DNA of 32,000 nucleotides from Xanthomonas campestris pv. campestris str. ATCC 33913 (GTDB lineage Bacteria; Pseudomonadota; Gammaproteobacteria; Xanthomonadales; Xanthomonadaceae): NCBI RefSeq assembly GCF_000007145.1, contig NC_003902.1, positions 787,436 to 819,435 of the forward strand, read 5' to 3'. Shown piece by piece: positions 25,875 to 32,000 of this stretch (position 1 is its first letter; each line of letters starts with the position of its first letter). The notes under the pieces were generated by a model. It saw only the letters and a program-made list of their open reading frames with translations, ran no database searches and was not told where the DNA came from. The position numbers and the translations under genes were made by a program.

Positions 25875-28043
25875 TTAGAAATCCACTTGCACGGTCAGCC
25901 GGGCGGTGCGCGGTGCGCCGGGGAATAGATAGGCATCGCCCTGGTATTCGCCCGCATCGCGCCAGTAGCGTTTGTCGAACACGTTGTCCACGTTCAAGCG
26001 CCAGGTGGTGGCCAGCCCGCCCAGCGTGGTGGCGTAACGCGTGCCCAGGTTGGCCACCGCGTAGGCCGGGACGCTGGCGCTGCCGAGGCGGTCGGCAAAC
26101 TTGCGGCCGCTGTATTGCACGCCCGCCAGCAGTGCCAGGCCGTCGATGCCGGGCACGCGGTAGTCGGCCTGCACGCTGGCGCGCAGCTTGGGCACATTGA
26201 TGGCCTGGTGGCCTTCGTAGGCGGCGATGCCGGTGTCTTCGGCACGCGCACGAATCGCCGCCACGCTGGCAAACAGCTGCAGTTGCCCGGTCACCGCGCC
26301 ATCGGCAGACAGCTCCAGGCCACGGTTGTGCAGCCGCCCCTGCTGCACGTACAGCAGGCCACCGTCGGCCTGCGGCTGGGTGAACTGATAGGCCTGGCGG
26401 ATATCGAAGACGGCAGCGCCCAGGCGCACACCCTGCAGCTGCCATTTCGCGCCGGTTTCCAGCTGATAGGCATTGGTCGGCGTCAGGATTTCATCGGCGT
26501 TGTCGGCGAACCACGGTGCGGTGCCACCGGCAGCCAGGCTCTTGGCGTAGCTCGCATACACGGTGACCTGCTGCTGCGGTTTGAACAGCAGTGCTGCCTG
26601 TGGCAGCAATGCGTCCTTGCGGGTGCGGCGTTCCAGCACGCCATCGCGGTCGAAGGCGCGCTCGTCCAGGCGCACATAACGCGCGCCCAGCGACAGCTCC
26701 CATTGCGAACCGAAGCCAATCCGGTCTGCCACGACCAGGGCACGCTGACGGCTGTCCAGGCGGCGCTGTTTCGGGTCCAGCGCGACATCGGTCTGCGCGA
26801 AGACCTCCGGGTCGCGATCGATGCTGCCGCTGCCGACGAACTCATTCACCGACCCGTAGCGGTCGATGGTCCGGCGCAACCAATCGGCACCGATGCTCAG
26901 CTGATGGTCCAGCGCGCCGGTGGTCACGCGGCCATCCAGGCTGGCGCGCAGCTGGTCGTGCACGCGAGTGTCGTCCGGGCTGCGGTAGTCGTAAACGTCG
27001 TATTCGCCCTGCGCACTGAAAAAATTCGGCGTGGCAATGTCCGCGCAGCTGGCCGCGCCGTAGCAGCCCCAGGCAAACGCGGAGAAGTCATTGATGGTTG
27101 AGCGGCTGCGCGAGGCTTCCACGCTGGCGCGCCACACCTCGTTGAACTGGTAGGTATAGCGCAGCTGCGCGTTGAGCGAATCCATCTCCACCGGCCGCGA
27201 CCATGGCTGATACCCGAGCAGGCGATGCACGTCGATGTTGCGCGGCACCTGCGTGCCGCCCAGCAACTGATACCCGGGCACCGAGCGCTGCTGCCGATGC
27301 TGGTATTCCACATCCACCTGCAACAACGACTGCGCGGTGGGTTTCCAGTCGCCGGCCAGCGACAGGAAATTGCGGTAGCCATCGGCATGGTCGACATAGC
27401 TGCGGAAATCTTCGCGCGCGGCATTCACGCGCACGCCCAGCGTGCGATCGGCATCGAACCAGTCGCCCAGATCGGCCGCGATGTAGCGCGAGCCTTGTTC
27501 GTCGGTCCCCAGGGTCACGCTACGCACATGTTCGGGGCGCTTGGTGCGGTAGTCGATCAGCCCCGCCGGTTCGTTGACCCCGGATTGCAGCCCGGCCAGT
27601 CCCTTGAGGATCTGCACCTGCTGCTTGTTTTCCAGCGCGATCGATTGCTCACCCACCGCGCTCAGCCCGTTGATGCGGTAGCTGTTGGCGGCGTTGAGCG
27701 AGTAGCCGCGCAGCACGAAGTTTTCGTAATAACCGATGGGGGCATACGCATCGCCGGCCGAGGCATCGGCGCGCAATACCTCGCTGAGCACGCGCGCCTG
27801 GCGGTCGAGCAGTTGCTGGCGCTCGATCACCGCAATCGACGCCGGCGCATCCAGCAGCGACGTGGCGCCGAAGCCGCTCAGCGTGGTGGCGGCATCGGCG
27901 CGCTCACCCCGCACGTTGACCGCATCCAGTTGGACGGCCGCGCCGTCCGGTTGTTGCTGTGCCAGGGCAGGCAAGGTGATGCACAGCGCCAGCGCCAAGG
28001 CGAGCGGACGACGGGACAGCAAGGAAGGGCAGGGTGCGTACAT
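25875..28043 (-). CDS. TonB-dependent outer-membrane receptor (siderophore/vitamin-receptor type)
   Basis: The start is ATG at 28041-28043, giving 722 aa. The signal peptide is MYAPCPSLLSRRPLALALALCITLPALA|QQQ and the TonB-box-like segment is AVQLDAVNV. The plug region reads LLDAPASIAVIERQQLLDRQARVLSEVLR...ENFVLRGY. The C-terminal barrel ends TARLTVQVDF with a terminal Phe. Confidence 0.92.
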   Translation of the reverse strand: MYAPCPSLLSRRPLALALALCITLPALAQQQPDGAAVQLDAVNVRGERADAATTLSGFGATSLLDAPASIAVIERQQLLDRQARVLSEVLRADASAGDAYAPIGYYENFVLRGYSLNAANSYRINGLSAVGEQSIALENKQQVQILKGLAGLQSGVNEPAGLIDYRTKRPEHVRSVTLGTDEQGSRYIAADLGDWFDADRTLGVRVNAAREDFRSYVDHADGYRNFLSLAGDWKPTAQSLLQVDVEYQHRQQRSVPGYQLLGGTQVPRNIDVHRLLGYQPWSRPVEMDSLNAQLRYTYQFNEVWRASVEASRSRSTINDFSAFAWGCYGAASCADIATPNFFSAQGEYDVYDYRSPDDTRVHDQLRASLDGRVTTGALDHQLSIGADWLRRTIDRYGSVNEFVGSGSIDRDPEVFAQTDVALDPKQRRLDSRQRALVVADRIGFGSQWELSLGARYVRLDERAFDRDGVLERRTRKDALLPQAALLFKPQQQVTVYASYAKSLAAGGTAPWFADNADEILTPTNAYQLETGAKWQLQGVRLGAAVFDIRQAYQFTQPQADGGLLYVQQGRLHNRGLELSADGAVTGQLQLFASVAAIRARAEDTGIAAYEGHQAINVPKLRASVQADYRVPGIDGLALLAGVQYSGRKFADRLGSASVPAYAVANLGTRYATTLGGLATTWRLNVDNVFDKRYWRDAGEYQGDAYLFPGAPRTARLTVQVDF

Positions 28044-28074
28044 GCGCAAGACTCGAAGAAAGGATGAAAGACGC

Positions 28075-29232
28075 TCAGCGCAGCCGGCGCGCACGCGCGT
28101 GCAGATGCTCGCGCAGGCGACGCCCCTCGGGGCTGGCAAACCAGTCCGCGTGGCCGAGCAGATAACGGTGATAGGCGATGTCGGCGTTGTCGGCCGAACG
28201 GGTGATGCCGGCGAAGTAGCCGATCTCGCTGAGCGCAAAATCCGCATGCACGATCGGCAGCAGCGCCGCGAGCAGGCGCAGTTGCGCCGCATCCAGCGGG
28301 CAGTGCTGCGCGTAGCCGTCCAGCAAGGCGTCGAGCTGTTCCAGCTGCGGCTCGGCGCGCTGCGCGGTGTCCAGGTTCAGCCATGGAATCAGATTGCGTT
28401 CGATCGCCGTGGCCAGATCGAACAACGCGAAACTGCGATCGCACAGGCCGAAGTCGAACACCGCGCTGACCTCGGTGTGGCCCGCATCGGTGTCCCACAA
28501 CAGATTGGAGGCGTGCCAGTCGCCGTGCGTCCACAACGGCGGCAGCGCACCCGGCGCAGAGAGCAACGGCCAGGCCTGCGCATGCCAGGGCAGCAGGTGG
28601 GTGGCGATGTCGGCGCGCCATGGCCGATGGCGCAGATCGGCCGCCAGCGCGGGACGCGATGCCAGCGCCTGTTCCAAGGCATGCAGCGGGTCTTGCTGGG
28701 TGAACAACGCCAGATTGGCCACCAGCACACTGGTCTGGCGCGGCGGCGCGTCGAATCCCTGTGCGCACACATGCAGGCGTGCCAGCGCGGCGCCGGCCGC
28801 GAACGCATGCGCAACGTTGCAGAACGGGGTCCACGACAAGGCGTCGCGATACACGTCCTGGCCGCGGCCCACGCGTTGCACTTCGTAGACCCACTCCGCC
28901 TCGGCCAGCGCAGTGCGGCCTTGTGCGTCGTGCAGGACTTCGACCACCGGCGCGCCAGCCCAGCGCAGATGCGCCATGAAGGCATGCTCCTGTCGCAGCG
29001 TCTCCACCGTGCGCACGCGGTGGTGATGCCGTTTGACGATGACCGTGCCGGCCGCCGTGTCCACGCACGCCGCCGCGGAAAACGGGCGCGCGCTATGCCA
29101 GCGCACGGCTTCAGTGCCGACGCTGCCTGCGAACCGCTGCAGCACATGGTGGATCTCGTCGGCGCGCAGCACCGGCCAATCCGGCAAGGCCAGTTCCAGG
29201 CCCATGCCATGGACGTGATGCGGTCCGTTCAT
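28075..29232 (-). CDS. Phosphotransferase of the aminoglycoside-phosphotransferase / choline-kinase / thiamine-kinase fold (substrate unknown)
   Basis: 385 aa. The catalytic loop is WTHGDWHASNLLWD (HGDxxxxN) and the metal-binding VFDFGLCD follows 17 residues later. It is the first gene of the minus-strand block, 31 nt upstream of the receptor gene. Confidence 0.85.
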   Translation of the reverse strand: MNGPHHVHGMGLELALPDWPVLRADEIHHVLQRFAGSVGTEAVRWHSARPFSAAACVDTAAGTVIVKRHHHRVRTVETLRQEHAFMAHLRWAGAPVVEVLHDAQGRTALAEAEWVYEVQRVGRGQDVYRDALSWTPFCNVAHAFAAGAALARLHVCAQGFDAPPRQTSVLVANLALFTQQDPLHALEQALASRPALAADLRHRPWRADIATHLLPWHAQAWPLLSAPGALPPLWTHGDWHASNLLWDTDAGHTEVSAVFDFGLCDRSFALFDLATAIERNLIPWLNLDTAQRAEPQLEQLDALLDGYAQHCPLDAAQLRLLAALLPIVHADFALSEIGYFAGITRSADNADIAYHRYLLGHADWFASPEGRRLREHLHARARRLR

Positions 29233-29273
29233 GGCTGCCCGCCGGCAACCGCGCGCGGTTTTGCGTGCGGGGT

Positions 29274-29285
29274 TGGTATAGACCA
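29274..29285. promoter_or_regulatory. Candidate HutC/GntR-type operator in the kinase-receptor operon promoter
   Basis: TGGTATAGACCA reads TGGTCTATACCA on the operon strand. 10 of 12 positions are dyad-symmetric. It lies 41 nt upstream of the kinase ATG. Confidence 0.35.
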
Positions 29286-29596
29286 GAAGGGTGGGGCCGA
29301 TCGTCGGGGCCCGGCGTGCCTGCCGGCAAGATCCAAGACGGCGCTGCCAGGCCGTCGTTGCAGCGCAGGCGCCATCAGGCAGCCGCGACGCAGGGAGTGA
29401 AAGGGCAGCGCGAAACCGTGGGGTCGCTGGCCGTCATCTCGAAGCTGAAAAGTGGGAGGTGCGCCGCAGGGCGGCGTCCACGGAAGGCCGCATGGCGGTT
29501 CCGGGCGCGCAGTATGCCCCCTGCGTTTGCCGACCGCCATGCACCCGGCCGCTGCGGCGATGGCGCTGCGGGCGCGCGGCACGGGATAATCGCTGG

Positions 29597-30436
29597 ATGA
29601 CTTCCCTTTCGATCGCCGCCGTCGTTGTCACCTACCAGAGCAGCAGCACGATCGACGCGTGTCTGGCGCGGCTGCGCGCGGCCGAGGGCGTCAGCGAGAT
29701 CCGCGTGGTCGACAACGCCTCCAGCGACGACACCCTGGATGTGGTGCAGCGGCATGCGCTGGCCGATCCGCGCGTGCAGTTCATCGCCAACCCGGACAAC
29801 CCGGGCTTCGCCACCGCCTGCAACCAGGGCGCGCGCGACTCGCAGGCGCCGTGGCTGGTCTTCATCAATCCCGACCTGATGGTCGAGCACGACACGCTGC
29901 GCCGGCTGTGCGAGCGCGCTGGCGGCCATGCCGCAGTGTTGCTGGGGGTGGAGCAGGTGGACGAACACGGCCAGCCCGACGCTGCGGTACGCCGGCGTGA
30001 CCCGGACTTTGCCGCCATGCTGCGTGCGCCCCGTGCAGCTGCCCAGCTGGCCGTGCCTGCGGACCCGGCCCTGGCGCTGCAGCCGGTGGACGCCATCTCC
30101 GGTGCCCTGATGCTGATGCAGCGCAGCCTGTTCGACCGCCTGGACGGCTGGGACGGCGGCTACCGCCTGCATGCCGAGGACCTGGACCTGTGCCGGCGTG
30201 CGCGCCAGGCCGGCGCACTGGTGGCGGTGGCCAATGACCTGCAGGTGGTGCACGTGCGTGGGGTCTCCAGCCGTTCGCGCCCGTTTTTTGTGGAATGGCA
30301 CAAGCACCGCGGTCTGTGGCGGTATTTTTGCAAATTCGAGTCCGCGCAACGCGGGCTGCTGGTGCGGCTCGGGGTCTGGGCGGCGATCTGGACCCATGCG
30401 GCGGCGCAGGTACCCCGGCTGCTACGCCAACGCTAG
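29597..30436 (+). CDS. Family 2 glycosyltransferase (rhamnosyltransferase-like)
   Basis: ATG 29597 opens MTSLSIAAVVVTYQSSSTIDACLARL. Other GT2 contexts are IRVVDNASSDDT, NPGFATACNQGA and WLVFINPDLMV. 279 aa. The Arg-rich upstream part of the 381-aa track ORF is not coding. Confidence 0.88.
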   Translation: MTSLSIAAVVVTYQSSSTIDACLARLRAAEGVSEIRVVDNASSDDTLDVVQRHALADPRVQFIANPDNPGFATACNQGARDSQAPWLVFINPDLMVEHDTLRRLCERAGGHAAVLLGVEQVDEHGQPDAAVRRRDPDFAAMLRAPRAAAQLAVPADPALALQPVDAISGALMLMQRSLFDRLDGWDGGYRLHAEDLDLCRRARQAGALVAVANDLQVVHVRGVSSRSRPFFVEWHKHRGLWRYFCKFESAQRGLLVRLGVWAAIWTHAAAQVPRLLRQR

Positions 30437-30452
30437 TTCGTCGCGTTAAATT

Positions 30453-30514
30453 TGTGATAAATCCGTGATGCGATAGTGTCCGGAACTGTGATACGGTTCT
30501 CTTAGAAATGTGAT
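30453..30514 (+). promoter_or_regulatory. Four phased direct (T/C)GTGAT repeats in the promoter region of the OM beta-barrel gene
   Basis: TGTGAT at 30453, CGTGAT at 30464, TGTGAT at 30487 and TGTGAT at 30509. Spacings are 11, 23 and 22 bp, within a locally AT-richer segment. Confidence 0.3.
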
Positions 30515-30691
30515 CAAAGTCGATTGCTTCCTGTCCCTTCCGGGTCCCCCACCAGGAAATCTGCAATGTCCCTACAGAACGACCCGCGCTCGCGGGTACG
30601 TCAGCCGTGCGCCACCCCCTCACGGTCCGGCTCGGTTGAGCGGGCGTCAGCGTGCAGCCAGCCCCAACGGCGTCCCCTCCAGCGGGCGGCC

Positions 30692-31600
30692 ATGTCACTG
30701 CTTGCGGTGGGTTGCCTGATCGCCGCGCTGCCCGACACTGCCATGGCCGGTGCCTGGACCCAGCCGCAAGGCGACACTCTGGTGATCGTCAAGGCGCTGC
30801 ATAGCGATGGACGCGGTTGGTTCGATGACAGCCATCACCGCACCACCTTCGGTGATGGACAGCAGTTCGATGGCAACGGGCGTAGCCGCCAGGACCAGCT
30901 CAATGTCTACGTCGAGCACGGCCTGACTGACCAACTGAGCGTCATCGGCAACTTCTATTTCACCGACGTGGGTTTCAGCAATCACGGCGGAGACGGCCGC
31001 ACCCGCGCCAGCACCACCGGCTTCGCCGATCAGGAAATCGGCCTGCGCTACGCGCTGCCGAGTGCGCAGGACGATGTCTGGCGCAGTTCAGTGCAGGCAC
31101 TGGTGAGCATCCCAGCCTATGGCCGCAGCAAGACCTACCACCCGAACACCCCTGGTGCGAATTCCGACCCGGCCTTGGGATTGGGTGACTATGGTCTGGA
31201 GTTGCGCTACAGCCGCGGGCGTGGATACACGCTGGGTGGGCGCAATGGCTATGTTGATCTCGGCGGTGCGGTGCGTCTGCGCGGCAGTGCCGCCTCCGAC
31301 GAACTGCGGGTGGATGCCTCCACTGGCCTGAGTCTGACCCCCAGCTGGCTAGTGCTTGGCGAACTCAACGTGATCCAGGGCTTGGGCAACGGGCGTAACA
31401 ACTTCGACGTGCCCGGCTCTGCTGGTGGCGTCAGTTTCGTCGCCACCGGCACCAACTACGACCTCACCAAGCTGCAGCTGTCCACGCTGTATACCGCCCC
31501 CGGTGGTAGCCAGTGGCAGGTGGGCTACCAGCAGCCAGTGATGGGCCGCAATACCGGTGCTGCCGGCGGGCCATTCGTGGCCGCCTGGTGGCGGTTCTAG
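30692..31600 (+). CDS. Outer-membrane beta-barrel protein (possible exopolysaccharide export porin)
   Basis: The preferred start is ATG 30692, giving the signal peptide MSLLAVGCLIAALPDTAMA|GAW. The protein shows an alternating beta-strand pattern and ends in an aromatic terminus, FVAAWWRF. 302 aa. The stop lies 13 nt before the next gene. Confidence 0.72.
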   Translation: MSLLAVGCLIAALPDTAMAGAWTQPQGDTLVIVKALHSDGRGWFDDSHHRTTFGDGQQFDGNGRSRQDQLNVYVEHGLTDQLSVIGNFYFTDVGFSNHGGDGRTRASTTGFADQEIGLRYALPSAQDDVWRSSVQALVSIPAYGRSKTYHPNTPGANSDPALGLGDYGLELRYSRGRGYTLGGRNGYVDLGGAVRLRGSAASDELRVDASTGLSLTPSWLVLGELNVIQGLGNGRNNFDVPGSAGGVSFVATGTNYDLTKLQLSTLYTAPGGSQWQVGYQQPVMGRNTGAAGGPFVAAWWRF

Positions 31601-31613
31601 GGTAGGGCCGACA

Positions 31614-32000
31614 ATGACGGTCACCTGCGAAATGGACGCGCTGGGACGGGCGCCGGACATCGGCCGCGAACGCGGCTTGTTGGGGCGTTCGCTGGTGTCT
31701 GCCGGCGTCATCACCGACGAGCAACTGCGCGCCGCGCTTGCCTTGCAGCAACGCTGGAATTCGCGCCTGGGCGATGTGATCCTGGCCCAGCGCGGCGTGC
31801 CGGCGCAGCGGTTCTACGCCATCGTGGCCGCGCACTTCGGGCTGCAGTTCGTCGACCTGGTGCAACAGCCGCCGGACCCCGAGCTGCTCACCGCCACCGA
31901 CCTGGATGTGTATGCGCAGCGGCTGATCCTGCCGTGGCGGCGCGAGGACGGTGTGCTGGTGCTGGCCGTGGCCGACCCGGACCCGGCGCTGTTCGCCTGG
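31614..32000 (+). CDS. MshEN / T2SSE_N-domain protein, N-terminal 129 codons only (continues past the window; may be an XagB-like glycosyltransferase)
   Basis: This ORF is absent from the supplied track because it has no stop in the window. My translation from ATG 31614 reads MTVTCEMDALGRAPDIGRERGLLGRSLVSAGVITDEQLRAALALQQRWNSRLGDVILAQRGVPAQRFYAIVAAHFGLQFVDL...LVLAVADPDP. This is the GspE-N1/MshEN fold pattern. Confidence 0.72.
   Translation, partial: MTVTCEMDALGRAPDIGRERGLLGRSLVSAGVITDEQLRAALALQQRWNSRLGDVILAQRGVPAQRFYAIVAAHFGLQFVDLVQQPPDPELLTATDLDVYAQRLILPWRREDGVLVLAVADPDPALFAW

Noticed and set aside
28044..28292. The N-terminal extension of the 805-aa track ORF that contains the TonB-dependent receptor.
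   Set aside because: The extension overlaps the 3' end of the kinase gene. A canonical signal peptide starts at the internal ATG (28043).
29233..29596. A TPP (THI-box) riboswitch, or a cobalamin or c-di-GMP riboswitch, upstream of the kinase-TBDR-PnuC operon. I also checked the TBDR-pnuC gap at 25688-25874.
   Set aside because: I read both strands for the conserved cores: CUGAGA ... ACCUGAUCNGG...GCGNAGGGA for TPP, the B12 box/GCCACUG for cobalamin, and GGGACGCAAAGCC for GEMM-I. I found only fragments (CCUGAUGG, UCGAGAU, GGCUGAUCGG) that do not assemble into the required helices. This is not excluded without a covariance-model scan, but it is not supportable by eye.
29291..29596. The upstream 102 codons of the 381-aa track ORF that contains the GT2 gene.
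   Set aside because: The translation is Arg-rich and non-protein-like. GT2 enzymes begin with the beta-strand seen at MTSLSIAAVVVTYQ (ATG 29597).

Overview
High-GC gammaproteobacterial chromosome. Gene content and order match the Xanthomonas xps locus. Left to right: the 3' end of purL; a decayed 1.5-kb spacer (AT-rich island, protease-gene remnant, orphan terminator); a 2351-aa trimeric autotransporter adhesin (XadA-like); a secreted S8 serine protease; and the complete 11-gene type II secretion operon xpsE-F-G-H-I-J-K-L-M-N-D. Downstream lie a frameshifted small secreted-protein ORF and a divergent GT-A-like gene. Next comes a minus-strand block of APH-fold kinase, TonB-dependent receptor, PnuC and a GntR/HutC regulator. 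The window ends with a GT2 gene and the start of an OM beta-barrel plus MshEN/T2SSE_N-domain gene pair that may belong to an xag-like exopolysaccharide cluster. I saw no rRNA, tRNA, CRISPR array, transposase or integrase. Most of the window is well-described biology, and I did not find a convincing wholly new multi-gene system. The most unusual observations are: (1) a sharp low-GC tract of about 1.7 kb covering exactly the pore-forming 3' half of xpsD and the following spacer, making the secretin gene mosaic; (2) a small secreted-protein ORF in that tract split at a T7 run; (3) the kinase-TBDR-PnuC-HutC block, which reads as a vitamin or nucleoside salvage route with a candidate HutC-type operator; (4) a protease-gene remnant and AT-rich scar between purL and xadA; (5) phased GTGAT repeats and a CRP/Clp-like palindrome in two surface-structure promoters. 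The many long antisense or out-of-frame ORFs in the track are high-GC artefacts.
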